Under the pieces are notes generated by a model, which ran no database searches, was not told where the DNA came from, and saw nothing but the letters and a program-made list of their open reading frames with translations. A stretch of 64,000 bases of DNA, taken from the IMG/VR virus record IMGVR_UViG_3300032038_000065, positions 6,450 through 70,449 of that record. One strand, given 5' to 3'. The stretch is from a virus. Lineage: Duplodnaviria > Caudoviricetes. Below, in pieces: positions 37,001 through 50,291 of this stretch (the stretch's first letter is position 1; each line of letters starts with the position of its first letter). Both the position numbers and the translations under genes were made by a program.

Positions 37001-39994
37001 ACTTAATTTTTCAATCTATGCCCTAAGCTAAGCTCGAACAATTTTTCCTTCACCATATTGATCATTTAATTTTTTTAACTACTTTAAAAAATCCTGTTCA
37101 TTTTTAATTGCCTATCGACGAACTCTCTGAGCCTATAGTTCTTTTTGACGAAGCTCTTCTTGCTTCCTCGCAGTCTACTACATTTTCCCAGTAATGGCAT
37201 TGAAGGCGGCCACTGCAGCTGCAAGTACCGTTAAAAAGGCGCCAAGAGGATTTGCAGCAATAGCAGCTCCAAGAGCTTGAACTCCCTGTTTAGCTGCATG
37301 GGCGGCAACTCCTACTGCTGTTAAAGCACCAGCATGTGCGCTTTCAGCTGCTGCGCCTTGTACCGCTGTATTATTAGCCATTTTTTTGACTGCTATTAAT
37401 TTTGTAAATCCAGTATTAAGCATTGAAACAGCAGGAATTAAATTAGATATAACCATAGTCACACTAGTGATGGTCTGGAAGATTTTTTCTCCTGTTGTAA
37501 GATCTTCATTGCTCCAAATTTTACCAAGATTTTTAACATTGTTTAAAACAGCAGCATATCTTGTCAATCCATTAGCAATATTCCCAATACCGGTAATTAC
37601 ATCTTCACGTTTTTTAGGATCTAATAATGCGCCCCAAAAACCTTTAGTTTTAGTTAATTCTTCATCAGCCTATTGTAATCTTGAAAGTGCGGCCCCCGCA
37701 TTGTTAGCTAATTGTTCAGGAAGGTCTTCTGCAGCGGCCTGCATACCATGACGAGCATTTTCAGCAATTTGTTTTGCTTTTTGTGCGATTTCCTGTAATT
37801 TAGCTACTAAAATATTGGGACTTTCAGACTGCGCCGCAGCCTAAAATTCCTATTGTAATTTTTTTATTTGCTCTGCGTGCTGTTTGGCAGGTCCGTTATC
37901 TGCGGCCATCTACTGTAATTTATTTAGATAATTTTGTAAACTAGCTGTAGCAGCCTAAGTTAATTTAGGAAAATCTTTATTGGCTCTTTCAAGTTTCTAA
38001 AAAACATCTTTGTTTTGATTTAATTGTTGCTATAATTTCTAGGCTTGGGTAACTTCCTAATAAAAATTATCTATAATTTTTTGTTGTTCTTCTGCGCTTC
38101 CTTTAACTGCTTTTCTAAAAGCCTCATCTTGTTCTTTCCAAGATTTTGCTGTTTTATCAATAGCAGGAGATAATCTTTGAACGGTTTCTTCATATACTTT
38201 AGTAGCAGTCCCTAAAGCATTTGCTTTCTCAACCATGTCATTGTAGACCTATTGCATTCTTGCGGTTTCTTCTGGGTTAAGAATACCATGAGAAGCAAGC
38301 GTCAACATTTCTTCGCGCTGTTGCAACAGCCCAGAAGTAAGGCCATCCATGCCTTGAAGCCCTTGCATTTGATTTAATTCTAATAATTTAGATTTAATCT
38401 CTGCAAGATTGGCCTTCATTGTGGCTGAATTATTTATTGCGGTAGTAATGCTCCCTGCAATTTGTTTTGTAAATGTATCGGAGGCAAGAGCGCCAAGATT
38501 AACTAGTATTCCAGCTCCGCCGCCAATACTATCAACAAATTGATTAACTAAACCAATTAATTTAGTAAAAACATCAATTAATGGGTTAATGGAATCAGGC
38601 TGTAATATTGATTGATAAAGTTTTTCAGTTGCGGTGGTCATCTGATCTAAATGGGCTCGAGTAGATTCCATATAGATGTCTTGCTGCGTTTGTAATGTAC
38701 CTGCCGCATTTTGAGCAATACTCAATGCTCTATTATATTCTTCAAAGTTATCAAATAACGCAATTAAGTTAGAATACTGTCTCTGGCCGGCCATCGTTTG
38801 AGCAAGAGAAATCTGTTGCTCACGAGTTAAGGTTTGCCATCTGCCGCCAATTTCTTCAATAACAGTACCCATATCGCGGAGATTATCATTAACATCTAGT
38901 ACGTTAAAGCCCAACGCCGCCATCTTGCCTGAATATCTACCTAGGTCTACTCCATCCTACGCGATACCCGCTTTGATGTCCGTAATCCGGGCCAGGATTG
39001 TTTTAAGGGCAGTTCCGACGCTTTCAGGAGCTTGCCTTGTAACGGAAATAATAGTAGACAATGCGGCGGCAAGCTGGTCTTCTGTCATACCCATCGCATT
39101 TGCGGCGGCCGCAACTTTACTCATACCTGTTGACAGCTATTCAAGGTCAGATGCCGTAGATGCGGCAACCGCAGCTAACTTGTCAACTGCCAGCTAGGTA
39201 TTTGCAGCATCAATCTGGAAACCGTTCCATACAGCAGTTAACTGCTATGAGACCTCCGCAGTAGATTGTCTTGTAACATTTGCTGTTTTAAGAGTAACAT
39301 TGGTTCTTGCGGCAACCTCTTCGTCGCTTAAACCCGCCTGGTAGTAAATTAAACTAGCCTATGTGTAGTCTCTTGTTGTCTTACCTAAAGCACTTGCCGC
39401 CTGATTTGCTTGTACAGCAAATTTTCCCATTTCTTCAGCAGACTTTTCGGTAACAATTCTAATATCATTTAAAGAAGTATCTAAATTTTTTGTAAAACCC
39501 CAAGCCTGTTGTATAGACTGGGTAACTGAATTAATGGCGGTAGAAGCAATATTCCACTTAATTGTATTTGCAAGAGTAGTGGAGATTTTCCCCATTAAGG
39601 TCTGACTCTATTTTAACTGTACGTTAGTTTTTAAAACTTCATTGGATAAAGTTCTAAAAGCATTCTAACCTGCAGCTCCGCCCTGTTTTAACGTGCTATA
39701 TAATTGTTGTAAAGAACTATCATTTTTTACTAGCGCCGCATTAAACTGTTCAATATTAACAGTATTTAATTTCGCATTATAGGCTGACCGCAATGCCGCC
39801 TCAATGTTCATTATCTAACCCTTAATATTTCCCAGCATTTGAGTGGCATGGCTAGCGTCAGTCTGATTTATTTTTACTAAATCAGTAATAGTTAATTTTT
39901 TTAACTACTCTAACTAAGATTTTATTTTATTCAGATCAACTTTGTTAGTCTAAAAGCCAATCCGATATTTAATCTAAGTATTTCTACTCGCCAT
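31091..39994 (-). CDS. Tape measure protein (2967 aa, dozens of TAG)
   Basis: Ten ORF-track fragments share one frame. TP901-like core (NTIKWNIAS, LTAVWNG, RQAPESVGTALKT) and C-terminal FDTGGYTG...LHQK*LVLN; ends TAA. Confidence 0.9.
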
Positions 39995-40108
39995 TATCCT
40001 TTTATCTCCTTTATATTAAAAATATAAAACAAAAGGGCAAGTCAATATTTTAACTTACCCCTTTATTACTTACTCTATATCCCAACAAGCGTTGACTCTC
40101 ATCTCCCG

Positions 40109-41803
40109 TTAGGCAGTCTTAATGATAATCGCATTGCCGAAATAGTATTTATTACCCGGGATCGAATTCGTCTTAACGAAGTATTGATTGAAACTCGCCG
40201 ACCCGCCCATCTGAAGCAGGAGTGTCGCAGGGACGTTTACCCGGTCCGTACAGTGCAACACGCAGTAGGCCTCAATGCCGCTCGACACAATGTTCTCAGG
40301 GAATCTGATGAGCCATGTGCCGGAGGGGACGTCGGATGGCTTGGTCCGGAACGCAATGTTGCACATGTAGATTTTCTCGGCAATCTTATAGCACGTAGAG
40401 TAGTTCTACTGGATATACGAAGTATTGTAGGTAAGCGTAACCTTCTTAGGAGTCGCCACATAGTCTCTTACCGCCTTTGCCGAAGGAATTTGAGCCGTAG
40501 TGCTACTTGCAGAAATCGTGTCAGACTTCGTATAGGCGCCATTTGTACTGGTAATAAGACCATCAGTATTCATAGCGAATGCACGAATGTAGTTGGTTGT
40601 TGATGCCGCAATTGCAGTCGTTAACTTTGGAACGTATTTACTAAGGTCACTCTTCAATGCAATTCCAATCTGTGTGGCTGTCCATGTCGTCCCTGTAATA
40701 CTGCACGATGTGAGATCTACTGTGTAATTACTTGAAGAACCCGCAAGAGACATGTACTGGACAGAAGCTGTATATATACCAGCAGAAGCCATTATTGCCG
40801 GACGTAATATTCCAGTAATGTCTGAGTAGACATATACCGGAGACCCGGAGTCAATAGCGGCCTTAAGCTGTTCATGACTTGTTTCGTTGATCGTGGCAAT
40901 GAACGGAGCAGGTTTTTCCTTACTAATGCAAATCCATTTACTTTGAAGATAAACATATTCATCAAGATGATAGCCAGCATTACTTGTATCTGTTACCTTA
41001 ACTAAATATCTTACATCAGCCTCTCCTGTTGTGGGTAATGAATTAACAATTGTTAAATTTTCAAAATTATTTATTAAAACCCAAGAGTAACCAACAACAT
41101 CTTTTTCGGCAGTTCTATAAAGTCCTAAACCATCTGTATCTGTTAAATAGTCTGTTTCAGTCTAAAGCGTAGCAATTTGAGACTTATTTGTTGCAATGAA
41201 TTCTCCAGAAGCATTGGTCGTTCCAGTATATACATTATCACCAACCGCGGGATTCAAATTTTCAACATAACAAGTAGTGATTGGAGTAGTTCCAGTTTCC
41301 CATGCGTAATAATTTTTTGGTGCGCACCAATAAAACTTACCAAGATTTTGTAAATTTGAAGTTCCTGTATATTGCAACACTCTATTGCCAACTGCGGCAG
41401 TCGCAGGGGGTAAGGCCGTTACCTGGATATCAGACATTTCTACTTCTGTGCTACCAAGAGTAGCCATTGTATAGGCATCTGGATTTTGACTGGTTAAAAC
41501 CTTCTTGTGCTGTGTATATACATTGGCCTGTCCAGCAACAGGAACAAGATAGATGATATTCGGTGAGGCATCGGCCACCGCAGGAACCTCTGTCACTATC
41601 ATTGCTTTAAGAAGGTTTGCATCATTCAGTGCCTGTTCAATTAATGTAACAACCTAATCTTTTCTATAATAATTCTGTGTTAAATTATTCCATGTGGAGT
41701 CAATACGTCCCTTGGCATATCTCGCACCAAGAGATGCTTCATCTGTGGCTCCTGTATTATCAATAGAATTATAAACCACCATTCCATTTTTCTTTATTTT
41801 CAC
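40109..41803 (-). CDS. Tail fibre protein (564 aa, 3 TAG)
   Basis: GTG start with GGAGGTG; fragments 41162, 40406 and 40109 joined across TAG; NIIYLVP repeat. Confidence 0.72.
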
Positions 41804-41815
41804 ATTCTCACCTCC

Positions 41816-43114
41816 TTAACTAATCGGGAAACTGATGACAGAGCAGCGGGCAGCAGCCGCATTCGTAGTGCCATTATAATCCCACTTGAATGTGATTGAT
41901 GTCCCATCTGTACTGTATGCACCTGAGCCAACCCTTCCGACGTATGACGTGCTACCGCTCGTGGTGCTGGCAACTCCAGTTGTACCGAGGCACCCGCCGA
42001 CGAATGGATAGGTTGCCTGTAAACTTCGATACTGCTTATCATAGAGCCACTTCGCAAATGAAGCATATGTCTCTGTTGTATTCGCGGTTATTATAGCAAT
42101 CCAACCCATCGAATACTCCTTCGCATCATTGTTATGGCGGACAAGTAGATGCAGATATCTCCTGCGGTTGGTAAGCTGATCATTAATTAGTGTCAAGTCC
42201 GAATCAACCTAGGACTTGGTATAGTAGTTCTCAAGATCAGGTTCCGTAACAACATCAGATGGAACAAGAGCATCGGCATAAGCCTTTGTAACAAACTGGG
42301 AAGTTCCATCACCATCATTTTGAAATTCAGAAAGTTTATTGAAAAGCGGGACCCATGCATAGGATGTTACGTTAGAACCATCAGCGGCAGCATACGTTCC
42401 GCCCTTATTATCGGTCATGTTCCCGGATGTCACACTTGTAACCTTAGAATACTCTGTTGCAACAAAGTTTGTACCAGATGTCGCTCCAGTATATACGGAA
42501 TCATCTGCAACAGGAGTTCTGCTCAGAGTATAGACAGTTGCGGGATCGCCAGTTCGTGTCCAGGCATAGTATGTTGTGGCCTTACACCAGTAAAATCTAC
42601 CTCTTTCCAGAGCCCCGCCGCTTCCAATATACTGCATGACCCTATTTACAACGAGAGCACTTGGATGGGGGAGTTCAGTAGTCTGAATATCCTCCACTTC
42701 AACCTCTGTACTTCCGAGAAGAGCCATCGTATATGTATCAGGATTCTGACTTACCAACACCTTCTTATACTGTTGATACACATGCTCCTCCCCCTCAGCA
42801 GGAACGAGATAGATAATGTTAGTGGCGGCCTCCGCTACTGTGGGAACTTGTGCCACGACCATCGTCTTCAAGATGTCAGCCCCATCAATCGCTTCCTCAA
42901 TAAGAGTAAGAACCTGATCTTTGGTATAGTAATCCTGTGTAAGATTATTAAAAGTATTATTAAGATTTGTAATATTGTTTGCAAAATTTTCTAAATAAGA
43001 ATTTAAAGGCACTTTATCAAGGAACACATTCTACGCTTTTAAGGCAAATGGTATCTAATCTGAATAGTTGCCATTTTCATATTTGATTCTTATTGCGCTA
43101 ATTTTTTGAGCCAT
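41816..43114 (-). CDS. Tail fibre protein with MAQK module (432 aa, 3 TAG)
   Basis: TAG at 43055, 43031 and 42209; joins ORFs 42209-43027 and 41816-42196. Confidence 0.78.
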
Positions 43115-43188
43115 TTTTTTACTCCTTTCGTAAAAGAATTAAATTATTTACTCGCTTTAATACTTTAGCGACTCTGAGCCACCGCATT

Positions 43189-43281
43189 TTAAAGCAAGTC
43201 AATGCGTCCCTTGGTGCAAAACATACCAAGGGACGCTTCATCTGTGGCTCTTGTATTATTAATGGAATTGTAAGTTCCCAT
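43189..43281 (-). pseudogene. 30-codon remnant paralogous to the N-terminus of the 41803 fibre gene
   Basis: YNSINNTRATDEASLG..KGRID versus YNSIDNTGATDEASLG..KGRID, then an immediate TAA. Confidence 0.5.
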
Positions 43282-43297
43282 TTCATTTTTCTTCCAA

Positions 43298-46200
43298 TTA
43301 AAGGGCTGTCAAGTTGATATTGTACCATCTACCCCATGTACCATTTGTCTTGGCGATCATTGCGGACTTAGACCCCTGCCAGTCGGTAACCCGCACAATG
43401 CCGGTGGTGTTATCGCGCCAAATTGCCTCAAGATAAACGGCGTCAGCATTCCATGGTCTATTGGCACAGTTATTCCACTGACGGCAGTATGCTACGGCAT
43501 GACCCACACCAATGTTGCTTAATCCAAGTTTTGCCAAAAGATTATCTAGCTAAATTTTTGACGAACCAGCCTCTCCAGCGAAACTTGCTAAACGCCTATT
43601 GTTATAAACTGCGGCAACGGTCGGGATCTTAGCTGCCTCAGCTGACGTTCCGCTTATTGAAGTTGCAATTCCACGCACTTTTTGAGTTGCTCCCTAGTGT
43701 ACATACACTTCATTTACACCGCTTGTAGTAACTTTATCAACCTTCTTGTCAAGCTCTACTTTAGATGCATTCGTAGTTAAGAATGAAGTAGCATTAGGGG
43801 TGGCGGGCATTTCATCACACACGACTCCAGTGCGGAAGATATCTGTCCGCATATTTCTTAATGTATTAGAACCACCATCAATCCACTTATTAGTTAAAGT
43901 AACAAAAATGTCTTTAGTAGCATTAGCTAAGGCATTAGGGGAAATATCATTTTCAAGAGTAATGCCACCTACTTTCCGCGTTGACTAAACATAACCAGTT
44001 AGACTAACATTAGTACCACCAGCCGAATGTACATTACCAAGAGAATCAATAATATATTGATCATATCCTTCTTCATTTAATCTCTCAACAAAATAGATAG
44101 TATTTTTTGCGGGCGGGTCTGGCATCTCGTCGACAACTAACACCTGCATTTTTGCGGAGAGTATTCTTCTAATATCATCAATTTCTGTATTAATATAATA
44201 GTTAGAAGAAGTATAATTATTAGCATATTTTAATGTTGGATCATCATTAATTTCTGAAAGTTCAATAGGATCATCTGGTGTTCCTTCAGGAAGAATAAAT
44301 TCCATTCCTGTTGTTTTACTAGTTGGTTCTGTCACAAAATCAAGCTCACTAATAAGACCTAAACTTTCATGAGTGTTATTACCTGCTTGAAGCACATGAG
44401 TATCAATCTCTGGTTTGTTAATTACCTGAGAACCATAATCAATCTGCTCAAGAGAAAGAGGAACGTTAGACACATAAGTTAATTCCATGTCTACGCCATT
44501 TGACCAGATTGTATTTAAACCATGGTGAGTCTTAATGGAAGTTGTATCAAAATTATAAGTTGCGGGTTCAATTAATTTATAAATAATTTCGACTGGCGTT
44601 CCATTAGCATGTTCATTAGCCAAGAAAGTTTTAAAATCATTTAAACTTGAAATCTCATTTGGATCAACTTTTATTACAATTACACCATCCGTAGCAACAG
44701 AACAACCTTCTACGGAACTGCTAGTAAGAGACTCAAAATGCGAACAAATTTCAGAACGATTAACTATATTATCTGCCTGTTCTGTTGCATAATAAATAAA
44801 TGATTGACCTGCTAGTCCCTCGTCAACAACAGTCCAGTTTTCTGTTCCATCAAACTCTAAACCAATATAATCAGTTGAGAGTGTCCCATTAACAACATCA
44901 ACATGGGCTTTATAAAGAATTGGACATGCAGTAGGCAAATCAATTACAGTAACATCCGCATTATCATCAAAAGCATAAACAAATAAATCTGAATTCATTG
45001 GAGCAGAAATTCTAATTCTATTCTCTTCTGCGGCAAGATTCAGGCTAAATGCCTCAGACCATTCAGTCTATGTATTGTTTAAAACCTTATGCGCTTTTGC
45101 CGCGGTTGGTATATAAACAGGAGAACTAGAATTGTCTACATATTTAAAAGCATAAACTGTGATTTCGGGATTAGCAACTGTGGATTTATGCTTGTTCCAT
45201 CCTACAATAAAGCTGGTTCCATTTGTTACATCTATATAATCTGTAACATAATATCCGCTATCATAAATTTCCCAACCTGTTGAATGGTTTAATTTTATTC
45301 CATCAGTAACAGCTGTTACTAAACTATCACCATTTGATTGCCAAATAGTAATATTTCTAGCTCCACCAAGCGGGACTGGGTTTGTGCGAGATACGGTTGT
45401 AGCTTCTCTGCCAGTATCATAATCAACTTCCAACTTGGTCATAGACCATTTATTAGCACCATCTTCAAACGTTAAATATGCGCCTTGAAGATCTTTAAGC
45501 ATGAATGCTCTTTCTTCAATATCTCTAATGCGGTCACCGGTTATTTTTGCATCTGCGGCGTCACCAGATATTGACAGCGTCTAATCTGTGGTAATAGTTG
45601 CATCACTTCCGCCGCCGCCATAAGGAACAGGCATACTAGTAAGATATGATGCATTTAATTGTGCACTTTCTCGATTGCTCCATAATATATATTTACTTGG
45701 GGTAGAATCTGTAAAATATACAATATCTGAAGTAAGCGTAGGATCATCTATTGCAAAAATAAGAGTTTCAGAATTGTCTATGACTCGCATTTGTAACTGA
45801 GCTGGAGTTCCCGCATTATATAAACCTTCAAGCGCGGATTTCAGTGTGTCAACATTAACAGTTTTTGCCCAGCGGCTATTAGTTCCGATACCCATATGAA
45901 GAATTACGCAATCTTGAGCTACATTGTATTCGATATTTGCGCTCCACATATTTGTGCCATCTACATTGTAACCATTGTTACTATAATCTTTAATAGTAAC
46001 ATTACTGCTTCCACCCCTCATATATGGAATGATAGTAGTCACATTACTAGTATTATATAAATTTTTCATGAATTTATATAATTCATGCTCAGTATCACGA
46101 ATCGTCACTGTATCCCAGTGAGTTGAACTACTAGAAGCTAAAGAGAATTCTTCGTTTCCTGTAAAGGTATAATATATAAAACCTCTATTAAGTGTTGCTG

Positions 46201-48427
46201 TGCTATTTCCTTTTTCTAATGTATATGTTATATCACAAGAGGCTAATGGATACTGCTTTAAACTCTCAAATGCAGTAGATCCAACTACATCCTCTGCTGC
46301 ACCGACTCCATTCTGCGGCAATAGCCAGAAAGTAATAGGAGGAGCAAAGTTATAAAAAGGATGAGAAATTATAATTGAATATGATTCAGTATCAGAAATA
46401 TTAAGGGTAATTGGTTGAGATAAGAATCTTTCATTATATCTTCTATTTCTTCCATCACTGGAACCCGGAACATATAAATTTAAAACTTGCTTCTAAGTAC
46501 CAGAGCTATTTTGAATAGCAACAGTAACATAAAAGGGTTCTTTAATGAGAACATCAGATAAGGATTCCATATGAAGCATCAATGCAAAATACATATCTTG
46601 TAACTGATAAGGCATTACCGCATGTGTACTAATATAAAATTTCTAATTATTTGCAAGAGGAACAATATCTCCTGTAACTCTATCTAGCTTCCCTTCTGTC
46701 CTTGTTGCGACTACAGGGTACAGTGCATGCAAGCCAGACTTATAAATAGTTAAAGGTTCAATATTATCTTTATTTAAAATAGTGCTAAAGGGGAAAGATG
46801 TTACTTGATAATCCTTTTGCTTAATTGTTAAGGGGCTAAAAGGCCAATGATTAGCACCATTTATAATAGGAACCATATTAAATGTTCCTAAATCTTTAGT
46901 AGATTTAACCCTTACATTATATGTATCATCAACCGAAGCTCCAAGTAATCTCTTATTAAGAGCATCAAGTTCGTCTGTATTTTTCTGAATGCGGTCTCCG
47001 GTCTATTTCGCATCTGCAGCAGCTCCCGTTATACTTAAAGTCGCATCTGTTACAACATCAGAGGTGCCACCGCTGCCGCCATAAGGAATTTCCATCTAAG
47101 TTAAATAAGATAACTCGATTTGTGCTCCACCGCTAATTTCAACAAAATAATCTTCACTATAAGTGTAAAGTTCTGTATTAGTAGTAAAACCAGAATAAAT
47201 TACTTCACCAACTGCACGTGGCTTAAAAACAATAGCAAAAGATTGATTGTTTTCATTTCGATTTTGTAAATATGTTTTAAACTAATCTAATGTTGCTGTT
47301 GTTCCAGCCTGACCTGGAATCGTAACACTTGTTAACTTACATCCTAATTCATTCCAGGATCCGCCCATGCTTAAGGTGCCATCTCTTGCCGCATGCGGAC
47401 TTGATGTAGCCGTTGAAGTGGAGGTATCAATAAATGAAGCATTATTAAATGCAGTAGCTCCAGTTCCCGCATATGGTTGTAAGTTCTCATACCAAACTTT
47501 ACTACCTTTTATAATCGGGAAGGCGCGACCAAATGTGTTAGAAGCAGAGGCATATGCCCAGTTTTCTGAACCATCTTGAATATCACAAAGAACATTATTA
47601 AGAGAAGTAGAATAAACTTCTTTTCTTGCTAAGTCAATCTGGCCATTTACAACAGGAATCAATTCATCAACTGTTACTGTTGTACTTGTCTTTAATAAAG
47701 ACTCCTGTCTGTTCCATGCCGCCATTAACTTAGTATTCTTAGAAATGATACAATAATAATTACCCGCGGTAGCGTTACTTGGAAGACTAAATCCAAATGA
47801 TTCAATTTCATTCGACTGTTCCATTTCATAAACAGTAGTAACAGTACTTCCATTCACTCTTACAATCTTTAAATTTTGTACTTCCTAGTCATACCCGGTT
47901 CTAATCCATCCAAGTTTTAAAGCGGCAATTGCAGAAGAACTACCTCCATTAAATCTAATTAAATTTGTCGTTTCTGAATCAACAATTGCGCCTGTATCAT
48001 CAATTGTTTTATCGGCCTGCCAAATTGGAACTTGTAATGCAGGATATGTGTTAACAATAATATTTCTGTTTGATAAGTTAAATCCTGAAGAAGTATCAAG
48101 ACTATTTGGTACAAAAGTACCATTATCATAGGTAACTTTAAAAGAACCATAAGGCCAATGATTTGCGGCATTATGAACAAGAACTAAGTTACCAGAAGAA
48201 TGTTCCATGCGGAGACCTCTGTCACGCATTTCATCATTATTTAATTTTGCTAAGGTCTATAATTTTTCTTGTTTCTATTTTAAATCTTTTAATTCATCGC
48301 CAACAACTTTGGCATCTGCGGGCTGGTTTGTTACAGTCAGTGTTTTATCAGTATTAATAACAACAACTGGTGCTGCTCCACTACCATCCCCACCGCCGCC
48401 GCCGTAGAATGATACTCCTGCGCGCAT
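43298..48427 (-). CDS. Giant modular tail fibre/adhesin (1709 aa, many TAG)
   Basis: Seven ORF-track fragments in one frame from ATG 48427 to TAA 43298; recurring D.TL....AADAK.TGD.I and HWP(Y/F) modules. Confidence 0.75.
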
Positions 48428-48444
48428 TTTTTCACCTCATTTCT

Positions 48445-48726
48445 TTAATATACAAAATCGACTATTGTTGAACCATCTGACCCATTAGGAAAAACTAATG
48501 TCCTAATATCAACAGTATTATCTAGTTCATAAATGCCAGTTTTGCCAATAACAATCGGCACACCGTTGATTTCAACAATAGTACCAACAGCCGCTTGAAT
48601 GCCTAATTTACATAATATAGGCTTTGATGTTTCTGGTGTAAAAGCACCAATGGGGCCATTATCTTCAAGCAGATCAACGCCCGCATCAAAAGGACCAAGT
48701 ACCTGTCCAACTCTTCCATTTAACAT
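48445..48726 (-). CDS. Small baseplate/tail-associated protein
   Basis: GGAGA RBS; KLGIQ...INGVPIVIGKTGIYEL; 93 aa. Confidence 0.7.
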   Translation of the reverse strand: MLNGRVGQVLGPFDAGVDLLEDNGPIGAFTPETSKPILCKLGIQAAVGTIVEINGVPIVIGKTGIYELDNTVDIRTLVFPNGSDGSTIVDFVY

Positions 48727-48783
48727 TGTTAAAATCTCCTTTTAATCTTTATATATGTGGGCTTTTTAAATCCCCTATATTTT

Positions 48784-48824
48784 ATATCAAAACTACTATA
48801 ATTAAATTATTTAGCACTACCCAA
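48784..48824 (-). promoter_or_regulatory. Putative late promoter heading the minus-strand tail operon
   Basis: Minus strand TTGGGTAG-N25-TTTGATAT. Confidence 0.5.
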
Positions 48825-48899
48825 AATAAAATTTTATGATAGAAGATCCTCGCCGCCGCAATATTTTTCTTAATACAGCTAATATAGGTTCATCTTCTC

Positions 48900-48928
48900 T
48901 TGAATTTTTTAAAAATTTTTGATATAAT
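48900..48928 (+). promoter_or_regulatory. sigmaA-type promoter
   Basis: TTGAAT-17 nt-TATAAT. Confidence 0.75.
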
Positions 48929-48959
48929 CTTTTTAGAAAAAAACAAAAGGAGAAAGAAA

Positions 48960-50198
48960 ATGCTTAATTCTGAAAACATCAGAGAACTAGCCTTTGTGGC
49001 AGAAATCGATGCCATTGAACCTATTGAAGGGTCAGATAATTGCGAATGTGCAGTTGTTGGCGGCTGGCGAGTAATGGTGCGCAAGGGCGAGTTTAAGAGA
49101 CGTGATGTAGCTGTTTATTTTGAAGTTGACTCTAAACTTGACTCTACAAATCCTGCTTTTGCTTTTATGGCAAATAAAAAGTATAAAGTGCTTCCTCAAA
49201 GATATACTTTTGGCGGGAAGGGTAACTTTATTTCTCAGGGGCTGCTAATGTCTGCACAAAGTCTCGGTTGGACGGCTTTCTATGATGACTTTTATGGAGA
49301 AACATATATTATTGATGAAGAAAACAAATCCCATTCTGTGAGAGATGAATCTCGTTTTCTTACTAAGAAATTAAAAGTTACTTATGCAACAGCAGAAGAT
49401 AATATTAGAAAAGCACCTGCCGCAGATATGAGTTCTATTAAGAATGTTCTTAATAGATACCCTAAAATTGCAAAAAGATTTGGTAAAATTATTGTAAAAA
49501 ATAAAATTTTAAGCAAACTTTTTATGTTTTTCTTTGCCAAAAGAGCAAGTAAAAGAGATGCATGGCCTACTCATATCGCGGAGAAAACAGACTGTGAGAG
49601 AGCCCAGAACATGCCATACATTCTTCAAGATAAGACTCCGTTTGTGGCTAGCGAGAAAGTTGATGGTTCGTCCTTTACTGCCGCGGCAGAGCGTACCAAA
49701 TTTGGTAAAATTAAATATTATGTTTGTTCCAGAAATGTTTCTTTTAAAAATGAAGAGCAAACCTCTTATTATGATACTAATATTTGGTATGAAATGTATA
49801 ACAAATATAATTTAAAAACAATCTTGACCAGTATTCTAAAAGACCTTAGACTTAAGAACGTCGCAATTCAAGCTGAGATCTACGGGGAGGGAGTACAAAA
49901 ACGCGATTATTCTACTGCTGATCACAAAATGGCTGTATTCCATATTGTGACAAATAGAGAAAAATTCCCTATGGATAAAGTAGTTGAGATTTGTAACAAG
50001 TATGGTTTACCGCATGTCCCCATCATTGATTGGAATTATATCCTTCCTGACACCATGGAAGAACTCCAAGAGTATGTAGAATCTGCCCCCTCTCTTATTG
50101 ATGGAAAAGAAAAAGAAGGAATTGTATTCTATGATAAAAAAACAGGACAAAAATATTTTAAGTTTGTTTCTCCAAATTTCCTCTTACATTTTCATTAA
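48960..50198 (+). CDS. RNA ligase (Rnl2/DRB0094-like)
   Basis: Motif I SEKVDGSS, AIQAEIYGEG, KEGIV, FKFVS; N-terminal IEPIEGSD domain; no TAG. True start is ATG 48960 after AGGAG. Confidence 0.85.
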   Translation: MLNSENIRELAFVAEIDAIEPIEGSDNCECAVVGGWRVMVRKGEFKRRDVAVYFEVDSKLDSTNPAFAFMANKKYKVLPQRYTFGGKGNFISQGLLMSAQSLGWTAFYDDFYGETYIIDEENKSHSVRDESRFLTKKLKVTYATAEDNIRKAPAADMSSIKNVLNRYPKIAKRFGKIIVKNKILSKLFMFFFAKRASKRDAWPTHIAEKTDCERAQNMPYILQDKTPFVASEKVDGSSFTAAAERTKFGKIKYYVCSRNVSFKNEEQTSYYDTNIWYEMYNKYNLKTILTSILKDLRLKNVAIQAEIYGEGVQKRDYSTADHKMAVFHIVTNREKFPMDKVVEICNKYGLPHVPIIDWNYILPDTMEELQEYVESAPSLIDGKEKEGIVFYDKKTGQKYFKFVSPNFLLHFH

Positions 50199-50233
50199 AA
50201 CTTCAAATGGGCGTGTATTAAAAGCACGCTCAT

Positions 50234-50262
50234 TTGTTTTTTAAAAAAATTTTTGATATAAT
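50234..50262 (+). promoter_or_regulatory. sigmaA-type promoter overlapping the terminator at 50204-50242
   Basis: TTGTTT-17 nt-TATAAT; hairpin CAAATGGGCGTG/CACGCTCATTTG. Confidence 0.7.
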
Positions 50263-50291
50263 ATATATAGAAAAGATAAAGGAGAATCAAT

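Noticed and set aside
40021-40084. Fifth copy of the late-promoter motif upstream of the tape measure gene
   Set aside because: TTGGGATA is present on the minus strand, but the downstream box (TAAAATAT) matches poorly and overlaps a terminator hairpin.
43119-43328. 69-aa ORF MVQYQLD...
   Set aside because: Off-frame relative to the paralogous fibre N-terminus, which identifies the meaningful frame.
6966-48427. Mass pseudogenisation of the structural module (as the ORF track implies)
   Set aside because: All interruptions are TAG in a single frame per gene. No frameshifts or internal TAA/TGA were found in the frames traced, so the genes are intact under recoding.
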